A stretch of 64,000 nt of DNA from an uncultured Chloroflexia bacterium (GTDB taxonomy: Bacteria > Chloroflexota > Limnocylindria > Limnocylindrales > CSP1-4), in assembly GCA_963772565.1 (NCBI GenBank), contig CAVYXU010000015.1:4306-68305 (forward strand), read 5' to 3'. The notes beneath the pieces were generated by a model. That model worked only from the letters and a program-made list of their open reading frames with translations. It searched no databases and had not been told where the DNA came from. Positions 10,494 to 20,350 of the stretch are shown piece after piece (the first letter of the stretch is position 1; each line of letters opens with the position of its first letter). The position numbers and the translations under genes were made by a program.

Positions 10494-10585
10494 GGGTCCT
10501 CCTTCCTGAACAGCCCGCATCGCCATCGGCGATCCAACGGGTCGGCGCATGGTACCTGACGTTGGCGTCTCGTCCGTGACAGTCG

Positions 10586-11266
10586 CTATGGCGCCGCGCG
10601 CGGCGTGCCGCGGGGCTCCCGCAGCCCCGGCGATACCGCCAGGTGCTCGAGGAGGGTCATCCCTCGCTCCGTGGCAACCGCCAGCAGCGCGACCAGGATC
10701 GCGCCGCCGATGAGCATCGCCTGGTCCTGGCGCGCGAACCCGTCGGCGATGAACCGTCCCAGCGTCCCGCCACCGACCAGCGCGGCCAGCGTCGCCGTCG
10801 CGACGACCTGAACGGCAGCGACGCGGACGCCGGCGATCACCACCGGCACGGCCAGCGGCAGCTCCACGTGCCACAGCAGCTCGATCTCGCGCATGCCCAT
10901 GCCGCGGCCGGCCTCGACCATCTCGCGGTCCACTCCGGTCACGCCCGCATAGGTGTTGGTCAGGATCGGCGGCAGCGACAGCAGGACCAACGCAGCCAGC
11001 GCGTTGGGGAACCCGATGCCCAGGATCGGGACGAAGATCACGAGCAGCGCGTAGGACGGCACCGCGCGCCCGAGGTTGCCGATGGCGATCGTCGCCACCG
11101 CACCGCGGCCCGTGTGGCCGATGAACAGTCCCACGGGTACCGCCAGGAGGATGCCGATCAGCACCGCCAGCCCGGCGAGCTCGACGTGCTCCACCAGCCG
11201 GTTCGGGATGCCCGACGACCCGGTCCACGTCGCCGGGTCGAGGAACCACGCAGCCACCGCCTCCAT
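10586..11266 (-). CDS. ABC transporter permease (OpuCD/OpuBD-like).
   Basis: This is a BPD-transporter-type permease. The ATG at 11266 (MEAVAAWFLD) is separated by 2 nt from the upstream permease stop. Confidence 0.8.
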   Translation of the reverse strand: MEAVAAWFLDPATWTGSSGIPNRLVEHVELAGLAVLIGILLAVPVGLFIGHTGRGAVATIAIGNLGRAVPSYALLVIFVPILGIGFPNALAALVLLSLPPILTNTYAGVTGVDREMVEAGRGMGMREIELLWHVELPLAVPVVIAGVRVAAVQVVATATLAALVGGGTLGRFIADGFARQDQAMLIGGAILVALLAVATERGMTLLEHLAVSPGLREPRGTPRAAP

Positions 11267-11268
11267 CG

Positions 11269-11904
11269 CTACCGCTCTCCCGCCCGGAGCCACGGCGTCA
11301 TCAGGCGTCCGGCCAGCACCAGCGCGAGATCCGCCGCGACCGCGAGCCCGACCATCACGACCAGGCTGGCGTAGACGAGCTCCCAGTTGCGCAGCGAGAA
11401 GCCGCGTAGCAGGACCTGTCCGAGCCCGCCCTGTCCGATGACGGCAGTGACCATCACCAGGCCGACCGTGGTCACCGTCGCGATCCGCAACCCGGCGATG
11501 ATCAGCGGCACGGCGAGGGGGATGTCGACGGCGATCAGCCGCTGGAGACCGGTGTGGCCCATGCCGTCGGCGGCCTCCCGGATGTCGGCCGGCACGCCGT
11601 CCAGGCCGGTCAGCATGTTCCGGATCAGGATCAGCAGCGTATACGACACCAGGCCGATCTCCGCCGAGGTCACCGAGAGCCCCGTGATCGGCACCAGCAG
11701 GGCGAACAGGGCGAGGCTGGGGATCGTGTACAGCGTCCCGGTGACGGCCGTGATCGGGCCGGCGAGCCGCCGCCAGCGGACGATGGCGAGCGTGAGCACG
11801 AGGCTGAGCACGAAGCCGACGCCGACGGCGATCCCGGTGAGCACCAGGTGGTCGATGAGGCCGCTCGTCAGCAGACTGCCATTGCGGCGGAGAAACTCGT
11901 CCAC
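11269..11904 (-). CDS. ABC transporter permease (OpuCB/OpuBB-like).
   Basis: This is a BPD-transporter permease. The GTG start abuts the ATPase stop. Confidence 0.8.
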   Translation of the reverse strand: MDEFLRRNGSLLTSGLIDHLVLTGIAVGVGFVLSLVLTLAIVRWRRLAGPITAVTGTLYTIPSLALFALLVPITGLSVTSAEIGLVSYTLLILIRNMLTGLDGVPADIREAADGMGHTGLQRLIAVDIPLAVPLIIAGLRIATVTTVGLVMVTAVIGQGGLGQVLLRGFSLRNWELVYASLVVMVGLAVAADLALVLAGRLMTPWLRAGER

Positions 11905-13170
11905 TCAGCCGCCCTCGCCGCCGAACTCCTCGCCGGACTGCGCCTCCGCGGCGATCGCCTCGGCGGCCTCGTTCATCAGGCGCGGTGGCGCATCCGGGTC
12001 CGACGGCGCGATCTCGCGAGCGGTGTCGCGCATGTACGCCATGATCTGCTCGACGGTCACCAGGCCGCGGTAGGTTCCACGCCGGTCGACGACGACGCCT
12101 GCCTGGACGTCCTCCTCGAGCAGCATCGAGAGCGCGTCCTTGAGCGTCGTGCGACGGTCCAGCAGTGGCGAGGTCGCCTGGACCATCTCCGTCGTGAGCG
12201 GCCCGGACGCCGGGATCCGATCCTCGTCCACCCAGCCGACCGGGCGATCCGACTCGTCGAGCAGCAGCAGGTACTGGAACGGGTCGGCGAGCGTCCGCCG
12301 GCGGGCGTCGCCGGCGTCCGCGCCGAGGCGGGCGGTGACGGCCGGGGCGAGATCGAGCTTCCCCACCCGGGTCAGCGACAGCCGCTTGAGGCCACGGTCG
12401 GCGCCCACGAACCGGGCCACGAAGTCCGAGGCGGGTGCGGCGAGGATCTCGGCCGGGGTCGCAAACTGCTCGACCACGCCACCGTCGCGGAACACCGCCA
12501 CGACATCGCCCATCTTGATCGCCTCGTCGATGTCGTGGGTCACGAACAGGATCGTCTTGGCCAGCAGCTCCTGGAGCCGCAGGAACTCGTTCTGGAGTCG
12601 CTCGCGGACGATCGGGTCGACCGCCCCGAACGGCTCGTCCATGAGCATGATCGGCGGATCCGCCGCGAGCGCTCGGGCGACCCCGACTCGCTGCCGCTCG
12701 CCACCGGACAGCTGCGCGGGATATCGGCCGGCGTACGAGGCGGGGTCGAGCCCGACGATGTCCAGCAGCTCCTCGGCGCGCGCTCGCCGGCGTGACTTCG
12801 GCCAGCCGAGAAGTCGCGGCACCGTTGCGACGTTGTCGGCGATCGTCTGGTGGGGGAACAGGCCGGTCTGCTGGATGACGTACCCGATGCTCCGCCGCAG
12901 CTCGGTCACGTCGCGCGAGGCCGCGTCGACGCCGTCGAGCAGGATCCGCCCCGAGGTGGGTTCGATCAGCCGGTTGACCATCTTGAGTGAGGTCGTCTTG
13001 CCGCAGCCCGACGGACCGACGAGGACGCAGATCCGCCCGGCCGGGACGACGAGCGACAGGTCGTTGACTGCGCCGGGCGTGCCGTCCCGGAACGCCTTCG
13101 GGTCGTACGACTTGGTGACGTGGTCGAACTCGACCGTGGCGGCGCGCTGGGGCGTGGCAGCGGTGGTCAT
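11905..13170 (-). CDS. Osmoprotectant ABC transporter ATP-binding protein with C-terminal tandem CBS domains (OpuCA/ProV-like).
   Basis: Walker A (GPSGCGKTT), LSGGERQRV and a Walker B/D-loop are present, followed by a CBS pair. The start is at MTTAATPQRA, confirmed by cat at 13168-13170. Confidence 0.9.
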   Translation of the reverse strand: MTTAATPQRAATVEFDHVTKSYDPKAFRDGTPGAVNDLSLVVPAGRICVLVGPSGCGKTTSLKMVNRLIEPTSGRILLDGVDAASRDVTELRRSIGYVIQQTGLFPHQTIADNVATVPRLLGWPKSRRRARAEELLDIVGLDPASYAGRYPAQLSGGERQRVGVARALAADPPIMLMDEPFGAVDPIVRERLQNEFLRLQELLAKTILFVTHDIDEAIKMGDVVAVFRDGGVVEQFATPAEILAAPASDFVARFVGADRGLKRLSLTRVGKLDLAPAVTARLGADAGDARRRTLADPFQYLLLLDESDRPVGWVDEDRIPASGPLTTEMVQATSPLLDRRTTLKDALSMLLEEDVQAGVVVDRRGTYRGLVTVEQIMAYMRDTAREIAPSDPDAPPRLMNEAAEAIAAEAQSGEEFGGEGG

Positions 13171-13358
13171 CGGGGCAGTCGGCTCCTCGCGGTGTTCAGG
13201 AACCGTACCCGATCGCGTCGCGCGTGCGCGCTCGACGCGATCGGCGGGGCCGCTCGGCACTTGGCGGCGTCCGCTCCAGTCGCGACGCTGGGAGTGCGAC
13301 GCTGGGCGGACGCTGCGTCCCGCGAGTCGCACGCCGGGCCGGTCGCGGAGGTTCCCCG

Positions 13359-13679
13359 ATGGTCGATGTGCTGCGCTCCCCTCAATACCACTCCGAGATC
13401 GGTGCTGCACGGGATGCGCTCCCGGGCAAGCGTTCCGGCCTCGCACGTGAGCTGCGATCCTTCGCCGAGGATCTGGCGGGTCGCCCGGACCGCGATGAGC
13501 TCACCCTCGCCGAGGAGCAGCTCCTGGCACGCGAGCTCGACGACGCAGTCGCGATCGTCCTGCCACAGGTGCGGGACCGGCTACGGGCCGAGCTGACCCT
13601 GCGGGTGGAATCCCTCCCACTGCACGCACGGATGGCGCTGCTCCGCGCCCGCCAGCGCCGAGAGATGGGGTTCGAGTAG
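13359..13679 (+). CDS. Hypothetical small protein.
   Basis: The in-frame ATG begins MVDVLRSPQYHSE.... The composition is plausible but no homology is recognised. Confidence 0.3.
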   Translation: MVDVLRSPQYHSEIGAARDALPGKRSGLARELRSFAEDLAGRPDRDELTLAEEQLLARELDDAVAIVLPQVRDRLRAELTLRVESLPLHARMALLRARQRREMGFE

Positions 13680-13680
13680 C

Positions 13681-14191
13681 TCAGATCGGCAGCGCCAGCA
13701 GGTCGCGCTCGATGACCGCCCGATCCTCGGGATCGGCGATGGCCTCGAGGGCCGTGACGGCACGCCCTTCCACTTGGCCGCGCCGGTCAGGTCGCCGCTG
13801 ACCGCGAGCGCACGGGCCATCGCCTCCGCGGCGGCGGCCGCGTGCCAGTCCTCGAACCCCTCGCCGCCCGCTTCGACCACCTCGAGCGCACGACGCGCAT
13901 GGTGGGCCTCCGTCAGGCGTTGTCCAGCTCGCGCGAGATCGCCCGCATGATGAACCGCGCCGCCTCGGCGCTCTTGCCGCCGAGCCGCTGCCCCTCGTCC
14001 GCCTGGAGCGCGGCCTCGAGATCGGCGAGCATCGCCCCGAGCACGGGGGTCCGATCGAGCGTCCCGGCACCGAACGCGGCGTTCAACCCGTCGACAGCGT
14101 GCCGAGCGTTCTCGACCGCGTGGCCCTTTGCCTCCATCCACTCCCGGAATGCAGCGCGGGCGGCATCCGCCGCCAAACCTTCGCTCGTCAT
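13681..14191 (-). pseudogene. Hypothetical gene readable only across three frames (two apparent frameshifts).
   Basis: Three ORFs chain into one plausible 170-aa helical protein: 14191-13913, 14141-13581 and 14070-13681, joined near 13915 and 13768. Each piece alone is implausible. Confidence 0.3.
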
Positions 14192-14192
14192 C

Positions 14193-14891
14193 TCACCCTC
14201 CGCGTCGTGGGACGACCCGCTCCTCGTTGACCCCGTCGGCCGGGCCTGACGCGACGGCGGTCCGCTGGTTCGCGTGAGCTGTCGCGTCCGCCTCCGCCTC
14301 CGCCCGGCCCTCGGCTTCGGCTCGCGCCTGCCATCGGGCCGCCCGCCACTCCGGCTCGAGCACGCTCATGTGGACCTCGTCCCACCAGCGTCCGTCGCGC
14401 CAGATCGCCTCGCGCGACCGGCCCTCGATCACGAATCCCACCCGCAGGTAGGCGCGGATCGCCCGCTCGTTGAACGCGAACACCGACAGGGCGACACGGT
14501 GGAGCCCGAGGGAGCCAAGCGCGTGGTCGACCATCAGGCTCGTCGCCTCGCCGCCATACCCGTGGCCCCACGCATCGTGTTCCCCGATGGTGATGTGGAA
14601 CAGCGCGGACCCGTTGTCGCCGTCGAGCTGTGAGAATGCGCACGAGCCGATCAGCCGCTCGGTGTTCCGGACGTGGATCCCCATCGCGAGCGATTCGGGA
14701 CCCAGTGCCCGCATCATGAAGAAGCGCTCGATCTCATCCGGCCGCATGGGGCCGTCCTGGTAGCGCGTCAGGCGGGCGACCTCGGTGTCCTGATACCAGC
14801 GCAGGAAGTCGCGCAGGTTCTCGCGTGAATGGCGGCGAAGCATGACCAGCTCGCCGTCGATGTGCTCGGGGAACCAGCGCCGATGGAGCAT
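14193..14891 (-). CDS. GNAT family N-acetyltransferase (RimJ/RimL-like).
   Basis: GNAT motifs are present (MGIHVRNTERLIGSCAFSQ..., HRVALSVFAFNERAIRAYLRVGF). The start is the ATG at 14891 (MLHRRWF). Confidence 0.8.
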   Translation of the reverse strand: MLHRRWFPEHIDGELVMLRRHSRENLRDFLRWYQDTEVARLTRYQDGPMRPDEIERFFMMRALGPESLAMGIHVRNTERLIGSCAFSQLDGDNGSALFHITIGEHDAWGHGYGGEATSLMVDHALGSLGLHRVALSVFAFNERAIRAYLRVGFVIEGRSREAIWRDGRWWDEVHMSVLEPEWRAARWQARAEAEGRAEAEADATAHANQRTAVASGPADGVNEERVVPRRGG

Positions 14892-14917
14892 CGCGGACAC
14901 CCTATACCATCGCCCCC

Positions 14918-16615
14918 ATGCGCCGCTGGAGCGAGATCGCAGAACAGGTGGCCGGGACGACGAAGACGTCCCAGAAGACATCGATCCTGGCCGGCTACCT
15001 GACGGGCCTGCAGCCGGACGAGCTGCCGATCGCGGCCCGATTCCTGACCGGCCGTCCGTTCGCCGAAGCCGACCAGCGGACGATCGGGATCGGCTGGGCC
15101 GGACTCTCCTCTGCCGTCCTTCGGGTCGCGGGTGCCGATGCCGACGCCCTTCGCCGCGCCTACGATCGATCGTCCGACGTATCGACGGCCGTGGCCGAGG
15201 TGCTCGCGGGGGCCGGGCATGCCCCGGTCGCGGCCGGGGAGCCGACGCTGGCCGACGTCATCGCGGCGTTCGAGGCGATCGAGGCGGCTACTGGGCCGGC
15301 GGCCAAGGCGGCGATCCTCGAGGCGCTCCTCGCCCGCTCTTCGCCGGTCACCGTCGCCGGGATCGTCAAGGTGCTCACGGGCGAGCTCCGGATCGGGCTT
15401 CGCGAGGGCCTGCTCGAGGCGGCGATCGCAAAGGCCTTCGACCGCCCGCTCGACGCGGTCAAGAGGGCCGGAATGCTCACCGGTGACGTCGGACGGACGG
15501 CCGTGCTGGCGCGCGAGGACCGCCTCGAGGAAGCAACGCTGGCCCTGTTCCACCCGCTCAAGTTCATGCTTGCCTCGCCGGCCGAGGATGCCGACGAGAT
15601 CATGGGCCGGCTGGGGCCCACGGTGTGGGTCGAGGACAAGTACGACGGGATCCGCGCCCAGCTCCATCGCGCGGGCGACCAGGCCCGCGTCTACTCGCGC
15701 GACCTGCACGACATCAGCGACCAGTTCCCGGAGGTGATCGAGGGCGCGGTCGGGCTGTCGTGGTCCGGGATCCTCGACGGCGAGATCCTGGCCTGGAAGG
15801 ATGGCACCGTCCTGCCCTTCCTCCAGCTCCAGGCGCGCCTCGGCCGCAAGCGCCCCTCGGCCCGGATCCGCGACGAGGTTCCGGTGATCTACGTCGCGTG
15901 GGATGCGCTCGGGCTCGATGACGGCGACGCCGGCGTCGTCCGGCCGCTGCTCGACCTTCCGCTGCGGGAACGGCGGCGCCGGCTCGAGACCCTGGATCTG
16001 CCCGCGGCGGCTGAGGGCGGGCGCTTCGCGCTCAGCCATCTCCTCGAGGTGGCGTCCGCCGATGGGCTGGAGGCGGCCTTTGCGCAGGCGCGGGCGCGAC
16101 GCAACGAGGGGCTGATGGTCAAGGACCCGGCGAGCGGCTACACACCCGGTCGCCGCGGGCTCGGCTGGCTCAAGATGAAGAAGGCACTCGCGACGCTTGA
16201 CTGCGTCGTGGTGGGGGTCGAGGTGGGCCACGGCAAGCGCCACGGGGTGCTGTCGGACTACACCTTCGCGGTTCGCGACGATGCCACCGGGAGCCTGGTG
16301 ACGATCGGCAAGGCATACAGCGGCCTGACCGATGCCGAGATCGCCGAGATGACCCGCTGGTTCGAGGCGCATACCGTCAGCTCCCACGGCCGGTACCGTG
16401 TCGTGGAGCCCGCCGTCGTGATCGAGGTCGCGTTCGACGTGATCATGCGCTCGGCCCGCCATCGGTCCGGCTTCGCCCTTCGGTTTCCCCGGATCGCTCG
16501 CCTCCGTCCCGACAAGCCTCCGGCGGAGATCGACACCCTGGCGACGGTCACGCGCCTCTACGAGGGCCTGCAGCTCGGAGCAGAGCACCTGGTGACGGCG
16601 AGCGCCAGGCGATAG
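14918..16615 (+). CDS. ATP-dependent DNA ligase (LigB/LigC type).
   Basis: The adenylation motif I KYDGIRAQ and motifs III-V are present, with a C-terminal OB fold. The length is 565 aa. Confidence 0.9.
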   Translation: MRRWSEIAEQVAGTTKTSQKTSILAGYLTGLQPDELPIAARFLTGRPFAEADQRTIGIGWAGLSSAVLRVAGADADALRRAYDRSSDVSTAVAEVLAGAGHAPVAAGEPTLADVIAAFEAIEAATGPAAKAAILEALLARSSPVTVAGIVKVLTGELRIGLREGLLEAAIAKAFDRPLDAVKRAGMLTGDVGRTAVLAREDRLEEATLALFHPLKFMLASPAEDADEIMGRLGPTVWVEDKYDGIRAQLHRAGDQARVYSRDLHDISDQFPEVIEGAVGLSWSGILDGEILAWKDGTVLPFLQLQARLGRKRPSARIRDEVPVIYVAWDALGLDDGDAGVVRPLLDLPLRERRRRLETLDLPAAAEGGRFALSHLLEVASADGLEAAFAQARARRNEGLMVKDPASGYTPGRRGLGWLKMKKALATLDCVVVGVEVGHGKRHGVLSDYTFAVRDDATGSLVTIGKAYSGLTDAEIAEMTRWFEAHTVSSHGRYRVVEPAVVIEVAFDVIMRSARHRSGFALRFPRIARLRPDKPPAEIDTLATVTRLYEGLQLGAEHLVTASARR

Positions 16616-16730
16616 GACCTGCGCCCCCGATCACGGCCCGAACGGGGGGTCGACGGGTGGCGCGACGCACGTATGCTGCACGGGACGCGCTTGCGCGCCC
16701 GGGGGGCGCTTGCACGGAGGAACCGAGCCG

Positions 16731-17324
16731 ATGTATGCGGCATTCAACGAGCTCCAGGGCGTGGAGCTCACCCTGTACACGGACGCGCTGATCGCACGGG
16801 GAACCGTCCGGACCAGACAGCATCGGGTCACGGACATCCTCAACATGGCCGACGAATCGTTCCTGATCCTCGAGGACGTCACCGTCGAGGAGTTCGGCTC
16901 TCGCGGTCAGCCGATCCGGTCTGCCTACGCGCAGGTCAACCTGGAAGCGGTGCTGTTCGCCGTGGCGAACACGTCGGTTGAGTCGTCGCCGGAGCTGCGG
17001 ACGCCGAAGATGGCCGAGCCTGCGATCGTCTCCGTGCCGCCGTTCACGGTGACCGGCCTGATCCACCTGCTGCCGACGGGCGGCGACCTCCGCGCCGCGC
17101 TGACGGAGCTCACCGGTCGCTTCCTCCCCGTCACCGAGGCAACGTACTGGTCGGAACATCTCGGCGAGGGCCGCCAGACGGCGATTGTCGTCGCGGTCAA
17201 CCACGGTCGGGCGCAGATCCTGGCGCCACACCAAGAGGTCGATCCCTGGGCCGGGCTGGACAAGGCGAGCGGCGCGGGATCGGCCCCGAAGGCCCCGTCC
17301 GAACCGCCCGGCGGCGGCTGGTAG
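16731..17324 (+). CDS. Hypothetical protein.
   Basis: MYAAFNELQGVELTLYTDALIARG... has non-repetitive composition. The opposite-strand ORF is R-rich junk. Confidence 0.5.
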   Translation: MYAAFNELQGVELTLYTDALIARGTVRTRQHRVTDILNMADESFLILEDVTVEEFGSRGQPIRSAYAQVNLEAVLFAVANTSVESSPELRTPKMAEPAIVSVPPFTVTGLIHLLPTGGDLRAALTELTGRFLPVTEATYWSEHLGEGRQTAIVVAVNHGRAQILAPHQEVDPWAGLDKASGAGSAPKAPSEPPGGGW

Positions 17325-17352
17325 GACGCCGCAGCCGGGGGACGTTGAGCCG

Positions 17353-18246
17353 CTAGCGCTCCACGGGCAGGTCCAGCCGGTCGCCCCACTCCGCCCAGCC
17401 GCCGTCGTAGACGGCGACGTCGTCGTGGCCGAGCAGGGTCATCACGTACGCGAGCTTGGCGGCCGCGACCCCTGAGCCGTCGTAGCACACAAGCCGGCGA
17501 CCACGCGTGATGTTCGCCTTGAGCAACAGCGACCGGATGTCCGTTGCGTCGCGTAGCTGTTGCGTACCCGGCTGGTGCAGGGCAGCCACGGGCAGGTTGA
17601 CGGCGCCGGGAATGTGGCCGAGGCGGCGCACGTTGCCCTCGAAGCCGCGGTATTCGGCGGGGCCACGCGCATCGATCAGCAGGACATCCGGGGTCCCCAG
17701 CAGCGAGCGCACGTCCGCCGTCGTCAGGCGGAGCCGAGCCTGCGCACGCGGGGTGAACGCCGCCGCCCGGACGTCCGAGGCGCTGGACGTGACCGTGTGG
17801 CCGGCGTCGCGCCAGGCGGGGAACCCGCCCTCCAGGACCCGCGCGGACTCGAACCCGTAGGCTCGGAGGCTCCACCACACGCGAGCCGCGTAGTAGGACA
17901 GCGTGTCGTCGTACAGGACGATGGATGTCCCATTGCCCACCCCGGCGTTCGACATCGCGCCGGCAACGCGATCGGGGGAGGCCAGCAGGAGCGCGTCGCC
18001 GCCCTCGCCGACAGCCGCAAGCGCCGACTTCCAGTCAACGTACACGGCGCCGGGGACGTGCCCCGCCGCATGGAGGGCCTCGCCGGTGCCGTCCGGTCGC
18101 CACCGGACATCGAGGACGCGGAGATCGGACCGCGCGAGGTTTTCCGCCAGCCAGTCTGGGGTCGCGACGAGCTCGGGACGGGCGTATCCGGCCAAGGCGG
18201 CCTCCGAACAGCGTGACGGGGTTTGGGGTGACGCGGGTGCCGGCAA
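17353..18246 (-). CDS. Thiosulfate/3-mercaptopyruvate sulfurtransferase (tandem rhodanese domains).
   Basis: Two rhodanese modules are present, with the catalytic Cys loop CYDGSGVAAAKLAY. The start could be internal. Confidence 0.85.
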   Translation of the reverse strand: MPAPASPQTPSRCSEAALAGYARPELVATPDWLAENLARSDLRVLDVRWRPDGTGEALHAAGHVPGAVYVDWKSALAAVGEGGDALLLASPDRVAGAMSNAGVGNGTSIVLYDDTLSYYAARVWWSLRAYGFESARVLEGGFPAWRDAGHTVTSSASDVRAAAFTPRAQARLRLTTADVRSLLGTPDVLLIDARGPAEYRGFEGNVRRLGHIPGAVNLPVAALHQPGTQQLRDATDIRSLLLKANITRGRRLVCYDGSGVAAAKLAYVMTLLGHDDVAVYDGGWAEWGDRLDLPVER

Positions 18247-18283
18247 CCGGCACCGATATCATACGGGCGTGGTTTCCCCGTTC

Positions 18284-19522
18284 ATGCCGGAGGCCGAGAA
18301 GGTCGCGGCCATCCGCGACCTGCTGCCCGCAACACGCGCCGGGATCTACCTCAACGCGGGTACCGCCGGCCCCATGTCCGCCGAGGCCCAGCGCGCCATG
18401 GACGATCAGGGGGCGCGCGACCTTGCCGTCGGGCGCGCCCACCTCGATGCCTGGCCGGAGACGCTCGAACGGATGGCCGAGGCGCGAGCAGCGGTCGCAG
18501 CGGTGCTCGTGGCCGATCCCGACGACATCGCGCTGACCCATTCCACGACCGACGGCATGAACCTCGCGGTGGGCGCGCTGGCCTGGGCTCCGGGGGATCG
18601 CGTCGTCACGACCCGCCACGAGCACCCGGGCGGGCTGGGGCCGCTGCTCGCCCTGCGCGACCGGTCGGGGGTCGAGGTCGAGCAGGTCGACATCGGTGAC
18701 GGGGGCGACGATCCGCGAACCCTGGCGGCGTTCTCCGCGGCGCTCGGGCGTCCCGCACGCGCGGTCGTGTTCAGCCACGTCCTGTGGACCACGGGGGCGT
18801 TGCTGCCCGCGGCGCCGCTGGTGGCGATGGCGCGCTCGGCGGGCGCGGTGAGCATCGTCGACGGAGCGCAGGCCGCGGGGGCGATACGGGTCCAGCTCGA
18901 TGAGCTCGGGGCGGACGCGTATGCCGTGCCCGCCCAGAAATGGCTCCTTGGACCAGAGGGGATGGGAGCCCTGTGGATCCGGCGCGGGTTGGCCGATGCC
19001 ATCGTGCCGCCCGCGGCAGGGTCCCAGTCCTACGCCTCCTTCGACGCCGCTACCGGCCTAACCCTGCATCCGGGCGCTCGCCGATTCGAGGCAACGGCGT
19101 TTCACCGCCCGTCCCTGGTCGGGTTCGCGCGGGCCTGTGGCTGGCTGTCGATGTCGGTAGGGCTGCCGTGGGCGACCGAGCGGGCCGGCCGTCTCGCTGC
19201 GGCTGCGGCGGACAGGCTGGGCTCGATCCCGGGCGTCGACCTCGTCACGCCGCCCGGGCGGATGAGCACGCTGGTCTCGTTCCGGATTCGGGGCTGGGCC
19301 GCAGCCGAGGCAGCGAACGAGCTGGGCGCCCGGGTGTTCGCGATCATCCGCGACGTTCCGGCCATCGACGCCATCAGGGTGTCGGTGGGGTTCTGGAACA
19401 CCGAGCCGGAGCTCGACCGCTTCGCCGAGGCCGTGGAGCTGCTCGCGCGCCACGGTCCGGACACGATCCCGCCGCGCCGCACCCTGACCATCCTGGGCAG
19501 TGATGACCGACCCATCTCCTGA
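18284..19522 (+). CDS. Class-V aminotransferase (cysteine desulfurase / SufS-CsdA-like).
   Basis: The PLP fold type I region (LTHSTTDGMNLAV, VDGAQAAG, and the KW of QKWLLGPEGMGALW) is present. The ATG is at 18284 (MPEAEKV). The N-terminal 127 aa of the ORF are rejected because they overlap the rhodanese gene. Confidence 0.85.
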   Translation: MPEAEKVAAIRDLLPATRAGIYLNAGTAGPMSAEAQRAMDDQGARDLAVGRAHLDAWPETLERMAEARAAVAAVLVADPDDIALTHSTTDGMNLAVGALAWAPGDRVVTTRHEHPGGLGPLLALRDRSGVEVEQVDIGDGGDDPRTLAAFSAALGRPARAVVFSHVLWTTGALLPAAPLVAMARSAGAVSIVDGAQAAGAIRVQLDELGADAYAVPAQKWLLGPEGMGALWIRRGLADAIVPPAAGSQSYASFDAATGLTLHPGARRFEATAFHRPSLVGFARACGWLSMSVGLPWATERAGRLAAAAADRLGSIPGVDLVTPPGRMSTLVSFRIRGWAAAEAANELGARVFAIIRDVPAIDAIRVSVGFWNTEPELDRFAEAVELLARHGPDTIPPRRTLTILGSDDRPIS

Positions 19523-19922
19523 GGGGCGGTCAACCGTGCCAGCGCGACGGCGCGGCTGGCTCGAGATCCGCTGGCGCCAATTCCGGCGCGCGCCGCGCCC
19601 CGTGGTCCGCGCGGTGGCCAGCAGCCTGGCCGTCGCGGTCGTGACGGGGGTCGCCTATCTCGCCTATGACATCGCGCTCGATCGTGGCGCGGTGCTCCCC
19701 GGCGGCGACCTGCGCCTGCTGGTGCTGACCCTCTACGTGGCGGTGGTGCTGGTGGCGGGCGCGGTGGTGACCTGGCTCGTCGTCCCACTGCCGGCGGGGA
19801 GCGGCACGCGGCGGGCGACGCGGACACCGTGGAGTGCCGCGCTGGGCCTGTTCGCCGCCGTCCCGATCGCGTATCTCGTCCTCGTCGTCCTCCATGAGCT
19901 GGTCAAGCCCCTGCTGGTGTGA
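19503..19922 (+). CDS. Small membrane protein, hypothetical.
   Basis: There are three hydrophobic helices. It overlaps the aminotransferase 3' end by about 20 nt. Confidence 0.45.
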   Translation: MTDPSPEGRSTVPARRRGWLEIRWRQFRRAPRPVVRAVASSLAVAVVTGVAYLAYDIALDRGAVLPGGDLRLLVLTLYVAVVLVAGAVVTWLVVPLPAGSGTRRATRTPWSAALGLFAAVPIAYLVLVVLHELVKPLLV

Positions 19923-19973
19923 CTTCCGGCCGGGTCAGGCGTTGCCACGGCCCGCTATCATCGGTCGCGGTCG

Positions 19974-20324
19974 ATGCACGACCGACTGAGACGAGTGAGG
20001 ATCCGGGTGGCCAACGACGAGCACGTACACGTCGCCCTGCCAAAGCTCTACGGAGCTCCTGCCTATGCGCGCCCACCCGTGGTGCCCGTGCAGCAGGCGG
20101 ACCGACCGCTCGATCCAGATGCCCTGCCGCTCGAGGCGGTGCAGACCGACGAGGAGCGAGAGATCGCGCGTCGCATCTCCGCGCACGGGTACGAGCATGC
20201 CGCGGCCGCCTCGGAGCTGGTGACTGCCGGCAACGGAAAATCGGCACATCTGCGCGGGCGGCAGTTCCGGCTGCGGGCGATCACGGGCCTGTTCCGCGAC
20301 AATGAGGGCGGCACGACCGACTGA
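19974..20324 (+). CDS. Hypothetical protein.
   Basis: An ORF with acceptable composition lies immediately upstream of the tRNA. No motif is recognised. Confidence 0.3.
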   Translation: MHDRLRRVRIRVANDEHVHVALPKLYGAPAYARPPVVPVQQADRPLDPDALPLEAVQTDEEREIARRISAHGYEHAAAASELVTAGNGKSAHLRGRQFRLRAITGLFRDNEGGTTD

Positions 20325-20350
20325 GGCGCGTCGCGTCACAGGTCCATCGT

